From a bacterium (GTDB lineage: Bacteria > Bacteroidota > Bacteroidia > Bacteroidales > Muribaculaceae), in NCBI GenBank assembly GCA_014802625.1, contig JAAVBX010000005.1:125879-189878 (forward strand): DNA of 64,000 bases. The letters are read 5' to 3'. A program made the translations under genes and the position numbers. Below are positions 39,391 through 50,398 of this stretch, piece by piece. The notes below the pieces were generated by a model that had not been told where the DNA came from, did not search any database, and was given only the letters and a program-made list of their open reading frames with translations. Every line of letters starts with the position of its first letter. Positions within the stretch are counted from its first letter, which is position 1.

Positions 39391-41367
39391 ATGAAAAAAC
39401 TTAACTTATTTCTGCTTGCGGTCGGGATCCTACTGGGAGTCTCGGGGCAGGCAAAATCAATTCCCGTATGGTGGAATGTAAATCCTTCCGACGGCTCCAC
39501 AGTTGAAGAACTCGGTGTAATCAAAATCGACAATGGCACCTACAGCGACACATTTCGTGCTGAAGAGGGAGTGTATCTTCTGATCAATGGTAATGCTACT
39601 CCTTACACCGTGAGCTATGAATCGAATAATGGTTATCCTGATGATACTATCGTCATCACGCTTGCAACACCTATAACTACCAACGGCAGATATAACATCA
39701 ATGTGCCGGCAGGGTTCTTCACATATTTATATTATGGAGAAGACCTATCTGTCTCGGAGATGTTCGAATGGGATGTAACCGTCAAGAATAGCGAGGATGG
39801 TGATGAGGACGCAGAATCCTTTGAGACTTCCATACCTGCCGGATTTAATGTAAATCCTGCTGATGGTGAAACTGTGAAGGCAGTCACTGCTCTCACGATA
39901 TCCGATGGCAGGATGGAATATGAGTCATTCTCAGCTAAAAGCGACTCATTTAAAATCATAGTCAACGGCAAGGGTGTGGAGGTGAACGCTACCACGACAG
40001 ATTCCTCAATCACATTGACACTCCAGGAGCCGCTCACCGAAACAGGGGTATATAATATTGAGGTGCCTGCGGGAGTCTTCACATATGAGAATATGTATTG
40101 GGACGTATATGAGAATTCAGAATTCAAATGGGTTGTGAATATAAAGGAGACTACTTCCGGTGATGATAATCCCTCTGCTCCTGAGGAACCGGAAAATACT
40201 ACTATTCCGAGTGGATTCAAGGTGACTCCTCCGGATGGCGCCAATGTTGAAAATCTTTCAGTGATTACGATTTCCAATTCGATTCTTGGAGATTTGGCGT
40301 ATGTAGAAGGTTCAAAACTCTATATAAATGGGAAATCAGTGGACTTCGTCGCATCAATAATTGATGATGACGAAACACTGGAGATAACACTGGATACATT
40401 GATAGATCAGGAGGGGGAATATTCGATTTTCCTGCCCAAAGGATTCTTTACATATTATGGAGATCTCGTAAGCTCAGATTTCAAATGGGTTATTTCAATT
40501 GGCGAGACCGGAAGCGATGATCCCGTTGAGGAGACCCCGGATGCGGTTATACCAACCAATTTTGAAGTTACTCCCGCTAATGGGTCCAAGGTCGACAAGA
40601 TAGCGGAACTTGTCATTGAATCGACACGTCTTGGAGAAATCGGATTAGTTGAGGACTCCCCCCTCTATATCAATGGAAACAATGTGAAGTACACGGCAAC
40701 TGTGACCGGTGATGACGATGAGATTCTTACTCTTACATTGGCAGATACAATCATGTTACCCGGTGAATATGAAATAAATCTTCCTGCCGGATTCTTTACA
40801 TTCTATGGCGATACATTTCAAAGTGGTGAATTCAAGTGGACCGTATGGATTTCAGAGGATAGCTCACCTGTTGATCCCAATCCGGGTAAGCCTGATGAAC
40901 CGATCTCGGGTGAAACATATATACCCACCGGTTTCCATGTATCGCCGGAACCCGATTCCGAGGTTGATAAACTGAACAAGATTATTGTCACTACAGACTA
41001 TTCCGATATTTCTGTTACCAATGAATTGAACTACATCCTTATCAACGATACCCCCGTCGCAGTGTCAGCAACCGCAAACTGGGACACTATGGTAATCACG
41101 CTTGACGAGGAAATCACAGCAACCGGCGAGTATACGATTGTTATCCCTGCAGGTAGCTTCCGCTGGGCTGACACGGTGTATGAGGACAGTGAAATATTCG
41201 TATTCACTATTAAGGTAAACGGTAAGTCGGTCGGTGTCGATGAAATCAATACTGAGGATGACATTGAGGTTTACGATGTGAACGGAATGCGGGTCGATAA
41301 CCTCCGGTCCAACCACTTATATATTATCAGAAAAGGTGAAAAGGTTTATAAAGTTATAAACCGATAA
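39391..41367 (+). CDS. Secreted protein with five Ig-like repeats and CTD
   Basis: V.P.DG..V..L...ING...GxYxIxxPAGxF repeats; VYDVNG...KVINR tail. Confidence 0.8.
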   Translation: MKKLNLFLLAVGILLGVSGQAKSIPVWWNVNPSDGSTVEELGVIKIDNGTYSDTFRAEEGVYLLINGNATPYTVSYESNNGYPDDTIVITLATPITTNGRYNINVPAGFFTYLYYGEDLSVSEMFEWDVTVKNSEDGDEDAESFETSIPAGFNVNPADGETVKAVTALTISDGRMEYESFSAKSDSFKIIVNGKGVEVNATTTDSSITLTLQEPLTETGVYNIEVPAGVFTYENMYWDVYENSEFKWVVNIKETTSGDDNPSAPEEPENTTIPSGFKVTPPDGANVENLSVITISNSILGDLAYVEGSKLYINGKSVDFVASIIDDDETLEITLDTLIDQEGEYSIFLPKGFFTYYGDLVSSDFKWVISIGETGSDDPVEETPDAVIPTNFEVTPANGSKVDKIAELVIESTRLGEIGLVEDSPLYINGNNVKYTATVTGDDDEILTLTLADTIMLPGEYEINLPAGFFTFYGDTFQSGEFKWTVWISEDSSPVDPNPGKPDEPISGETYIPTGFHVSPEPDSEVDKLNKIIVTTDYSDISVTNELNYILINDTPVAVSATANWDTMVITLDEEITATGEYTIVIPAGSFRWADTVYEDSEIFVFTIKVNGKSVGVDEINTEDDIEVYDVNGMRVDNLRSNHLYIIRKGEKVYKVINR

Positions 41368-41392
41368 ATTCTATTCCCGCAAAATCATATTG

Positions 41393-41422
41393 GAGGAGCC
41401 GGCACACCGTTTCCGGCTCCTC
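41393..41422 (+). terminator. Hairpin
   Basis: gaggagccgg...ccggctcctc. Confidence 0.65.
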
Positions 41423-41551
41423 TATATAAATCATTATAGTTTATATACTATAATTTATAAATTTGAATGGTATTCATCCCGATTATTTTAGTGATTACCT
41501 TGATTTTAGACTAATTTTACGGCACATTATTAACCTGATAATTCAAACGAT

Positions 41552-44500
41552 ATGAAGTTATCAAATCAGACGACACAATTAGTCGTTGCCGGTGTTCTGA
41601 CCGCAGGGATATGTCTGTGGGCGGCCGGCTCGAGGCAGGAGATGCCTCCAAAGAAAAGCCTGACATCATACAAGGCAACTGAACGCCTTGCGAATTGGCC
41701 GAAAAAGAACAGCGGTTCGGACAAGACAGAGTTCCATCCGACTACCAGAAGAATTGCAAAACTTGCGCAATCCGCTTCAGCTGCTCAGTTTGAATGCGCT
41801 CTTCTATATTCTGAAGATTGGTCGTACAACGACTATGGCGTCTATACATTCAGTGCAGAGAGTCCTATTGCTTTCAAGCAAAGATTTCTGACGGAGAATG
41901 CCCAGACAGGTGGGGGATTTTTCACTGATGACTACTATTACATGACCTCTTATTCCGAGGATTACTTCACCGGTGAAATGTCAGTCTATACTACCGTTTT
42001 CGATAAGAGAACAGGCGAAGAAGTCGATGGTATTTCACAGGGTATGGAGGCGATAGCCACGGATATCTCTTATGATCCAATAGATGATCGTGCATATGGT
42101 TGTTTCTACGGCGATGGGTCGACAACCATGTGGGGATACATGGATCCGAAGTCCGGTCAGGTAGTGGAGATAGCAACTCTTGGCAGTGAATTGGCGGCGG
42201 TAGCCATCAATGACCGCGGAGCAGCCTACGGTATAACCTCCGAAGGAGTTCTTGTCTCAATAAATAAGCGAACCGGTCGTCTGACGACGATAGGAGACAC
42301 CGGTTATCCCCCCTCTTATCTTCAGACAGCTGCATTCGGCGCCGATGGCAAGCTATATTGGGCTGCAAGTTCGGAGGTGTACTATTCTACGTTGTTTCAG
42401 GTAGATGTGACAAATGGAGAGGTCACAACTGTAGAGACATTCTATAGTGATAAGGAGATTGTGGCTATGTCAGCAATCACACCGGCTCCTTCATCGGGTG
42501 CGCCTGCCAAGGCTGAGAATCTCAAAGTGATGACAAGTGGAGATAAGCTTGACTTTGATCTTACGTTCACAATACCTAAAGTCACTTACGGAGCATCCTC
42601 TCTATCCGGCAATATCGGCTATGAAGTTATTATTGATGGTGAAACTGTAAAGACCGGATCAGGTGAAGCGGGAAGTAACGTCAAGATTTCAATTAAAGCG
42701 GAGAATGCCGGTAATCATTACATCTCGGTTGTCTTGTCAAATTCATCCGGAAATTCAGAAAAGAGTTCAGTGCGTCAATGGATCGGTATAGATGAGCCCA
42801 AGGCGGTAAGCGATGTCAAGATTACTAAGGATAATGATACGAAGCTGACAGTTTCATGGACAGCTCCAAATGGTTCAGTTAACGGAGGATTCTTTGACAC
42901 TTCCCGTCTTTCATATACCATTACTCGACTTCCGGACTATAAAATAGTGTCTCAAAATCAAAAGGGACTCTCTTTTACCGATGATCTATCATCTCTTCAA
43001 GGCCAGTCATTAATACGATATATTATAACTCCTTACGCGGATACAGCGGAGGGTATGTCTGTAACTTCCGAGGGTATTATTATGGGTAAGGCTTTTCAGA
43101 CACCCATAGAATTTACTTTTGATACAGAGGAAGATTACAATATTTTCACAGTCATAGATAACAACGAGACAATATTCCAGGACTCGGGTTGCTGGCTGTA
43201 CAGTCCTTCAGGCCAGGTAGCCGGTTATAATACCGGTTCAAAAGATGGTGATGACTGGCTTATTACCCCCGGCATACAACTTTATGCTGACCGTCAATAT
43301 AAATTCAGCCATGACGTGCTGTGCTATGCTGATTATTGGCCTGATGAATATGAGGTATATATGGGTAACGCCGCAACAATTGCAGGCATGACGACAAAGC
43401 TGATAGAACCTACAGTTATATGGTGGGAGGATTTCCGAACCAAGGAATTGACAGTTACAGTGCCTACAGACGGAGTGTACTATTTTGGTTTCCATGCACT
43501 TTCTGAGGCTGGCGGAGCGTTCTTCCTTGTTGATAATATTAGTGTTACGGAAGCATTGAAGCTTAAAGCACCTGCATCTGTGGATAACCTCTCTGTGACT
43601 GCCGCTGCCGGAGGAGCATTGAGTTCTACTGTTTCATTTACCACCCCGGTAAAGACTGTCGATGGTGAGAACCTTACTTCCATTTCGCAGATTGAGGTAA
43701 CAAGGAATGGTAATCTCGTCAAGACTTTCGATACTCCCGTACCCGGAGAATCCCTGGAATTCCAGGATAAGCTTGATAAGGTAGGAATGGCAACTTATGT
43801 CGTGGTTGCGGTTAATGATGAGGGTAGCGGTGAACCATGTGCCGCTGAAGCTTGGGTAGGACCTGATGTTCCTGCGGCACCTGTAAATCCTCATGTCACA
43901 TTGGATAGCGACAATCATCCTGTCATCAAATGGTCAACTCCCGAAGGTGCGGGCATGCATGGCGGATATGTGGATTACGCCAATATCACATACAGTATCT
44001 ATAACGGTATGACAGGTGAAGGAATAGCGCAGGGACTTAAGACAACAAGCTATACAGATACCAGAACCACTATCAATAATACTACTGAGAAGCAGACACT
44101 ATATAGCTATATTGTCTTGCCATTCTATGGAACTGATTTCGGAGGAGATGCATCGGCACTCTATATAAGCGGTGAGCCTTATAAGTTGCCATTCATGGAA
44201 TCTTTTGCTGATGCGACCCCCTCTTATTATTGGGCATTCCAGCAAAAGAATGGAAACGGTTGGCAGCTTGCAGATGACATGACTGCTTTTTCTCAGGACA
44301 ATGACAATGGCTTGATGTACTATATTCCCAATGAGCCTGATGTCGTAACCTCTGCTATGTCGGGTAAGATTTCAATGAAAGGCGTTGAAAATCCCACATT
44401 GAATTTCTATATGGCAAAGCTTGGTCTGGCTGACAACGGATTTACAGATTATGATCCCAATACAGATTACCTCAATATCAAAATAAGCTACGATGACTTT

Positions 44501-46261
44501 ACTCCTGTGACATTGGCTTCCATACATCTAAATGACATACAGGAGAGTGGTTACAGACTTTATGAATTCCCGATTCCGGATGCCATAGGGACTGAGTTCA
44601 TAACAATAAGTTTTGAGTATGAGGCGTATAGTGGTCGTATTCCTCTCTTGATAGATAATATTCTCGTGACAGATCCTACGGCATCAGCGAATCCCACCAG
44701 CTGGCCACCGGCTTCCGATTTTGATTTCGTGCTCAACGAGGGTACCAATACGGTGACATTCTCATGGACTGCCCCTGTCACTATGGCCGGTAATTGGAAT
44801 AAACCCATAGGCTACAACATTTATAGAAACGGAGTGGCGGTTAATGATGTTCCAATTGTAGAGACATCCTATTCTACATCTCCTATACTTAACGGCACTT
44901 ATACAGTAACGGCAGTTTACTCTAATGGAGAGTCAGAAGCCTCGAACCCTGTTACTGTCAAAGTCAATATGTCAGGGCTTGATATGCCCTCCGTCACAAA
45001 TCTCAATTATGTACTTGACGGTGACGATGTGATACTTCAATGGAATGCTCCTGTCTTTGAAGAAGATGTGGTTCTGGCTACAGTCACTGATGGTTTTGAG
45101 GATTATCGCAACGGTGCTATCACCTTCGGCAAATGGGAGACAATTGATAATTCTCCGTTTGGTAGCGATGGTTTACGCGATTTGGTAATAGACTACGAAT
45201 TTGTTGAGATTCCGACATCCGATTCAGGCCATGCATTTATGGTTTGGAATCCAAGTCAATACATTAATCTCATCGAGCATCCCGAATGGGCTCCACATTC
45301 AGGTAATAATCTGATCATGAGTTTCTGTGACTTTACAAGTTATCTGATGGAGGCTCCGAACGATGATTGGATTATCTCTCCGGAACTGGAGGGTTCATGT
45401 ACGACTTTGTCATTCTGGGCTCGTACAGGATCTAAATCCAACCGTAATGACAATATCAGGGTTATGTATTCCAAGGGAGGCAATGAGTTATCAGAGTTTG
45501 AGGTTGTGGCCGGAGGCGACATTAATCTTGATACTGAATGGACTCAGTACACTTTCAGATTCCCCGAGGGAACCAAGTATTTCGCAATCAACAACTATTC
45601 CATGAAGGGATATGCGGTGCTCATAGATGATCTTGAATACAAGACGGGCACTATTCATAAGTATGATAATCTTATCGGTTATAATGCTTATTACGAGGGC
45701 CAACAAATCAACTCCGACCTTATTCCCGCTGATAATGATTATATTGAGTATGCTGTTACAAACGGTGAGGAAGGAGAGTATTATGTAACTGCTGTTTACG
45801 ATCAGGGTGAATCTGAACCCTCCAATATCGTCAATGTTTCTTTGGATCCATTGGCAACTCCTGCTGTGACGAATCTCAAAGGAGAGGTTGTTGACGGTAA
45901 GCTAATCCTCACATGGTCTGAGCCGGAAGGTGTGGGCTCAGCTGAAGTGTCATATCTTTTGGGCTACTATGTCTATAGAGATGGAGAGATTCTTAATCCC
46001 GAACTTGATATTGTATGGTTTGATGCAGAAGAACTGGTATATATAGTTGATCCGGCGGTTGATGGTCACTACACCGTGAGGGCATTCTATCTTGATGGCG
46101 AATCAGAAGATTCTAATGTCGTGGTGATTGACATAACCGGTATAACCCAAATCTCAGAGTCGGAAATGGATGGAGCATTCTATAATCTCTCCGGCATTAA
46201 GGTAGAGAATCCTGTGAGAGGCCGGATTTATATACATAATGGAAAGAAAATAGTGTTCTGA
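41552..46261 (+). CDS. Large secreted adhesin-like protein (beta-propeller, Fn3, cleaved-adhesin/choice-of-anchor J, CTD)
   Basis: DDWLITP / DDWIISP adhesin motifs; WTAP..GYNIYRNG..YTVTAVY..GES Fn3 repeats. Confidence 0.85.
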   Translation: MKLSNQTTQLVVAGVLTAGICLWAAGSRQEMPPKKSLTSYKATERLANWPKKNSGSDKTEFHPTTRRIAKLAQSASAAQFECALLYSEDWSYNDYGVYTFSAESPIAFKQRFLTENAQTGGGFFTDDYYYMTSYSEDYFTGEMSVYTTVFDKRTGEEVDGISQGMEAIATDISYDPIDDRAYGCFYGDGSTTMWGYMDPKSGQVVEIATLGSELAAVAINDRGAAYGITSEGVLVSINKRTGRLTTIGDTGYPPSYLQTAAFGADGKLYWAASSEVYYSTLFQVDVTNGEVTTVETFYSDKEIVAMSAITPAPSSGAPAKAENLKVMTSGDKLDFDLTFTIPKVTYGASSLSGNIGYEVIIDGETVKTGSGEAGSNVKISIKAENAGNHYISVVLSNSSGNSEKSSVRQWIGIDEPKAVSDVKITKDNDTKLTVSWTAPNGSVNGGFFDTSRLSYTITRLPDYKIVSQNQKGLSFTDDLSSLQGQSLIRYIITPYADTAEGMSVTSEGIIMGKAFQTPIEFTFDTEEDYNIFTVIDNNETIFQDSGCWLYSPSGQVAGYNTGSKDGDDWLITPGIQLYADRQYKFSHDVLCYADYWPDEYEVYMGNAATIAGMTTKLIEPTVIWWEDFRTKELTVTVPTDGVYYFGFHALSEAGGAFFLVDNISVTEALKLKAPASVDNLSVTAAAGGALSSTVSFTTPVKTVDGENLTSISQIEVTRNGNLVKTFDTPVPGESLEFQDKLDKVGMATYVVVAVNDEGSGEPCAAEAWVGPDVPAAPVNPHVTLDSDNHPVIKWSTPEGAGMHGGYVDYANITYSIYNGMTGEGIAQGLKTTSYTDTRTTINNTTEKQTLYSYIVLPFYGTDFGGDASALYISGEPYKLPFMESFADATPSYYWAFQQKNGNGWQLADDMTAFSQDNDNGLMYYIPNEPDVVTSAMSGKISMKGVENPTLNFYMAKLGLADNGFTDYDPNTDYLNIKISYDDFTPVTLASIHLNDIQESGYRLYEFPIPDAIGTEFITISFEYEAYSGRIPLLIDNILVTDPTASANPTSWPPASDFDFVLNEGTNTVTFSWTAPVTMAGNWNKPIGYNIYRNGVAVNDVPIVETSYSTSPILNGTYTVTAVYSNGESEASNPVTVKVNMSGLDMPSVTNLNYVLDGDDVILQWNAPVFEEDVVLATVTDGFEDYRNGAITFGKWETIDNSPFGSDGLRDLVIDYEFVEIPTSDSGHAFMVWNPSQYINLIEHPEWAPHSGNNLIMSFCDFTSYLMEAPNDDWIISPELEGSCTTLSFWARTGSKSNRNDNIRVMYSKGGNELSEFEVVAGGDINLDTEWTQYTFRFPEGTKYFAINNYSMKGYAVLIDDLEYKTGTIHKYDNLIGYNAYYEGQQINSDLIPADNDYIEYAVTNGEEGEYYVTAVYDQGESEPSNIVNVSLDPLATPAVTNLKGEVVDGKLILTWSEPEGVGSAEVSYLLGYYVYRDGEILNPELDIVWFDAEELVYIVDPAVDGHYTVRAFYLDGESEDSNVVVIDITGITQISESEMDGAFYNLSGIKVENPVRGRIYIHNGKKIVF

Positions 46262-46287
46262 CTATCCCAAATCTCTAAGTAATAATC

Positions 46288-46320
46288 AAGAGTGCCGTAA
46301 CCTGAGTTACGGCACTCTTT
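46288..46320. terminator. Bidirectional terminator
   Basis: aagagtgccgtaac-ctga-gttacggcactctt. Confidence 0.8.
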
Positions 46321-46375
46321 CTGTTAATATTAATTCTTTTGGGTTGGGGTCTTAATAGCTCATAGGCTCGCTAAT

Positions 46376-47488
46376 CTATGAATTGTGATTCTCATCGGAC
46401 GGAAGCCGGCGGACGATGTAGAGGTCGTAATAGCTGAGAAGGAGCGTGGTCAGCGGGAGGGCTATGATTAACCCGAGGAATCCGAGCAGGCTCCCCCAGA
46501 TGGAGAGGGAGAGAAGAATGATGGCAGGATTCAGACCCATTGCCTTACCCATGATTTTGGGAGTGAGGATGAGATCCTGGATACATTGCACGACAACATA
46601 AACCGCCATGGTCTCCCAGAATATCAGCCAGAAATCGACACCATGCGATATGTATGCCACGACGCACAGCACGGCGGCTATAGGCAACGATATCAGCTGA
46701 AGATAGGGCACCATATTCAATATCCCTATGAACAGACCGAACACCACCGCCATCGGCAAGCCGATTATCAGAAAGCCTATGGCGAAAAGAATGCCTACGC
46801 TCATCGCTATCAGAAACTGACCCCGGAAATAACGGTCCATGGCGTTCTTCACGTCGTCAAACACGCGGAAGGCGCGTTCGCGATGCTGATATGGCACCAA
46901 CTGCCGGAACGACAGCATGAGACGCTCATAATCCATCATGATGAATATGAGATAGAGCAACACGATTATCCAACTCGCCACACCCGCGATGAAGGCTACC
47001 GAGGAGGAGAGGAAATTCCAGGATGAGGAAATCGTGCTGCGTGCCAGCTTCACCCATTCCTCACGGCTCATCCAGCGGGTCAGCTCCTCGAAATTCACGT
47101 TGTCGCGAATGAATTCATGGATTGATTGCGAGACATATGGTATCTGGATCTGAGTCGTGGCGTATTTCGATATGGCCGATGCCATCTCCCCCGTCTCCTC
47201 AAGCAGATAGGGGATAAAGATGATGCAGAAGAGCGTGATCAAAGCAGTGACCTCGACGAGCGTCATCACCACGGGGATAAAACGTTTCTTAAGATGCGTG
47301 ATCCTGAGGTTGAATTTCACCACAGGCTCAAGAATGTAGGCTATCAGGCATGCCACTATGAACGGGAGAAGCACAGCCTTCAGGATATGAATCAGATAGA
47401 GAGCGCCCATGATGCCGATGACCGTGAAAACGATGCGCACGACACGGTCAAACGTATAGGGACGCCGGGTGTAAGGGGTAGGTTCCAT
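46376..47488 (-). CDS. AI-2E family transporter (paralogue of 18372-19454)
   Basis: IAYILEP, YFRGQ, PKIMGKAMGLNP. Confidence 0.9.
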   Translation of the reverse strand: MEPTPYTRRPYTFDRVVRIVFTVIGIMGALYLIHILKAVLLPFIVACLIAYILEPVVKFNLRITHLKKRFIPVVMTLVEVTALITLFCIIFIPYLLEETGEMASAISKYATTQIQIPYVSQSIHEFIRDNVNFEELTRWMSREEWVKLARSTISSSWNFLSSSVAFIAGVASWIIVLLYLIFIMMDYERLMLSFRQLVPYQHRERAFRVFDDVKNAMDRYFRGQFLIAMSVGILFAIGFLIIGLPMAVVFGLFIGILNMVPYLQLISLPIAAVLCVVAYISHGVDFWLIFWETMAVYVVVQCIQDLILTPKIMGKAMGLNPAIILLSLSIWGSLLGFLGLIIALPLTTLLLSYYDLYIVRRLPSDENHNS

Positions 47489-47634
47489 TCGGGTTTAAAT
47501 TTACATCAGCCGGGAGGGAGAATATATAAACGGCTGCTTATTTAACAATTTTTATTGATTGTCGGACATCGGGATGCCATACAAATGTAACGCGACTTTA
47601 CCGGAATTACGATAAGAATTGCTAATTTTGTAGC

Positions 47635-48927
47635 ATGAATTTCCAATATCGCCCATATTTGAAGCAGACACTTCTGCTGTTGGCACTTCTTCTTGTGCCT
47701 GCATTGGCCTCCGCGCTGTCTCCGCAGGAGGCAGTGGCACGTTTCATCTCCACTCCGCGTCTGCCTCAGGGCAGCATGGCAGTGTTGGTCAGCGAACTCC
47801 CTACGGGAAAAATCATCGCGTCGCATAACGCCGAGACTCCTCTCGTGCCGGCGTCGATCATGAAATGTATCTCCCTCGCATCGCTCAGCGAGGTGGCCGA
47901 ACTCGACCTCCCGCTTACGACCCCCATATTTATTGATGGAGAGATCGACGACGAGGGGATACTGCATGGCAACATCGTCGTGGTGGGGCAGGGTGACCCC
48001 TCGGTCAACTCCCGCATATGGCCCATCGGCGAAGAGATAACCGAAGAGATTCTTCAGGCACTGCGAGCCGCCGGAGTAAAGGGAGTGGAGGGTGGAATAG
48101 TGGTCAACGAAGACTTCCTCGCCGGCCCCTCGATACCGGCGAGCTGGGCCTCAGGCGACCTGCCGCATTCCTACGGCACAGGTTCGCACGCTTTCAACTA
48201 TGCCAACAACTCCGTCGGCAAGAGCTCGGTAAAGGATCCGGCCGCCGCGTTTCGCGCCGATCTCCGACGACGTCTCAACGGCGCGGGAATCTCCGTCGGC
48301 GATACTCCGGTAAAGGGCAGCGAACGGCGCCCGCTCCTCGTTCATTCATCTCCCGAACTTAAGGAAATCCTGCGCTCCTGCATGATGCGCAGCGACAACC
48401 TTTATGCCGAGACATCCCTCCGACTCTTCGGCAAAGCCGAGGGTGGCGACGGGAGCACCTCCGATGCCGCCCGCAGGGAGACCAACTTCTGGAAATCGCG
48501 CAACACACCGATGGAGGGGGTGACGATCATCGACGGAAGCGGCCTCTCACGCTCCAATCGGCTGACTCCACGATTTATGGAGAGTGTCTTGCGTCAGAAA
48601 TCCGACGACGTGGAATATGCCAGCTTCTTCCCCCTCGCCGGACAGGAGGGAACACTCAAAAAATTCCTTGTCGGCACTCCGCTCGACAGCTACATAGCTT
48701 TGAAGACCGGCAGCATGAACGGCATTCAATGTTATGCCGGTTACAAGCTTGACGATAACTTCGCGCCGACCCATGTGGTCATCATCATGGTCAACGACTT
48801 CCGCTGTGACCGAGCCTATCTGCGCAGCCATATCGAGAAAATGCTGCTTGAGATATTCTCCGACGAGAATATGACCGACAAGACCATGTCGACACCGCTG
48901 AAGGGGATACAGGATTACGCTGAATAA
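47635..48927 (+). CDS. dacB: D-Ala-D-Ala carboxypeptidase/endopeptidase (peptidase S13)
   Basis: PASIMK, GDP, SDN, DGSGLS, KTG. Confidence 0.92.
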   Translation: MNFQYRPYLKQTLLLLALLLVPALASALSPQEAVARFISTPRLPQGSMAVLVSELPTGKIIASHNAETPLVPASIMKCISLASLSEVAELDLPLTTPIFIDGEIDDEGILHGNIVVVGQGDPSVNSRIWPIGEEITEEILQALRAAGVKGVEGGIVVNEDFLAGPSIPASWASGDLPHSYGTGSHAFNYANNSVGKSSVKDPAAAFRADLRRRLNGAGISVGDTPVKGSERRPLLVHSSPELKEILRSCMMRSDNLYAETSLRLFGKAEGGDGSTSDAARRETNFWKSRNTPMEGVTIIDGSGLSRSNRLTPRFMESVLRQKSDDVEYASFFPLAGQEGTLKKFLVGTPLDSYIALKTGSMNGIQCYAGYKLDDNFAPTHVVIIMVNDFRCDRAYLRSHIEKMLLEIFSDENMTDKTMSTPLKGIQDYAE

Positions 48928-48979
48928 TCCCACGGCATTCTTACAGAAATAAATAAACCTCAAAAAATATCATAGCCAT

Positions 48980-49636
48980 ATGACCTCCTCCAATCCCGAA
49001 ACCGACTGGCGCGAGATGCTCGACACCGCCTATGAACTGGAAGGGCTGTTGCAACTCGCAGTCAACCGCGATAACGCGCCGGCACGTATCGCCGATCTTA
49101 TAAGCTCAAAGATAGAGCGTCTGAGAGAATTGCTCACCGACGCATCGGCCGATACCCCGCAACCTGAGCCGGAGACACCTATAACCGAGAACGTCCCCGA
49201 GGAACCGGCTGCTCCGGAAATACCTGCGCAACCTGCCGTCGAGGAATCCACCGAGACCTACGAAATCTCCGAAGATTGCGACACCTATGATCTGGATGAG
49301 GAGGAACCGGCTGTCGTGGTCGCCACTACAGTCAAGTCATCTCCCGCTCCGATGAGTGATAATGCGGTGGCGGAATCCTCCGCATCGACTCCGGCAGTTC
49401 AACAGGGGGGAGCCGCTGTAGCCGCAACCCCGGTATTCAGCGTCAACGACCGTTTCCTTTTCGCCCGCGAACTATTCGGCGGCCGTATGGCCGACTTCGA
49501 CGAGGCCCTCAAGAATGTGGCCGGCATGGAAAGCTATGAGGAGGCCGAGGAATATTTCATCTCCGAGCGAGGTTTCAACCCGGAGCTTCCCTTGGTGCAG
49601 GATTTCCTGACAATAATCAGCAACTGTTTCGCATGA
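48980..49636 (+). CDS. Conserved hypothetical protein
   Basis: FSVNDRFLFARELFGG C-terminal motif; acidic linker; coupled to rsmI. Confidence 0.75.
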   Translation: MTSSNPETDWREMLDTAYELEGLLQLAVNRDNAPARIADLISSKIERLRELLTDASADTPQPEPETPITENVPEEPAAPEIPAQPAVEESTETYEISEDCDTYDLDEEEPAVVVATTVKSSPAPMSDNAVAESSASTPAVQQGGAAVAATPVFSVNDRFLFARELFGGRMADFDEALKNVAGMESYEEAEEYFISERGFNPELPLVQDFLTIISNCFA

Positions 49637-50361
49637 GTAAACTCTATATCGTGCCGACACCCGTCGGCAACTTCGACGACATGACCTTCCGCGCCATCAA
49701 CACGCTCAGGGAGGTTGACCTGATACTGGCGGAAGACACCCGCACCAGCTCCGTGCTACTGCGTCATTTCGACATCTCCACCCCGATGCAGAGCCACCAT
49801 AAATATAATGAGCACACGGCGGTCGAGAGGGTGGCCGATATGCTTGAGGAGGGGCGGAGCATAGCTCTCATCTCCGATGCCGGCACTCCCGGCATCTCCG
49901 ATCCCGGTTTTCTGTTGAGCCGGGAATGCCGCCGGAGAGGCATCGACGTGGAGTGCCTTCCCGGCGCGACAGCCTTCGTGCCTGCCCTCGTCGACAGCGG
50001 GCTGCCATGCGACAGATTTCACTTCGAGGGCTTCCTGCCGGTAAAAAAGGGGCGCAAGACACGTCTCGGTATTCTCGCGGAGAAAGAGGAAACTGTGGTC
50101 ATGTATGAATCCCCCCACCGGATCGTCAGAACATTAGGGGAACTCGCCGAAACCTTCGGCCCGGATCGCGAGGCGGCCGTTGTCCGCGAGATCTCCAAAA
50201 AATTCGAGAGCCACTATCGCGGCACACTCGGAGAGCTTCTTGAAGAATTCACATCGAACCAACCGAAAGGGGAATTTGTTATAGTAATCGACGGAAAGAA
50301 GAAAGAACGTCCGGCCCGTCGTCAGCAGGGCGACGAGGAGGATTCCGACCTCTCACTGTAA
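49633..50361 (+). CDS. rsmI: 16S rRNA (cytidine1402-2'-O)-methyltransferase
   Basis: LYIVPTPVGN, AEDTR, SDAGTPGISDPG, YESPHR. Confidence 0.95.
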   Translation: MSKLYIVPTPVGNFDDMTFRAINTLREVDLILAEDTRTSSVLLRHFDISTPMQSHHKYNEHTAVERVADMLEEGRSIALISDAGTPGISDPGFLLSRECRRRGIDVECLPGATAFVPALVDSGLPCDRFHFEGFLPVKKGRKTRLGILAEKEETVVMYESPHRIVRTLGELAETFGPDREAAVVREISKKFESHYRGTLGELLEEFTSNQPKGEFVIVIDGKKKERPARRQQGDEEDSDLSL

Positions 50362-50398
50362 ACTAAACACAAAACATTTACCTCAAAAACCGAATCAT

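Noticed and set aside
18372-47488. Two AI-2E genes as inverted repeats bounding an inversion
   Set aside because: Similarity is mainly at protein level; they look like old paralogues
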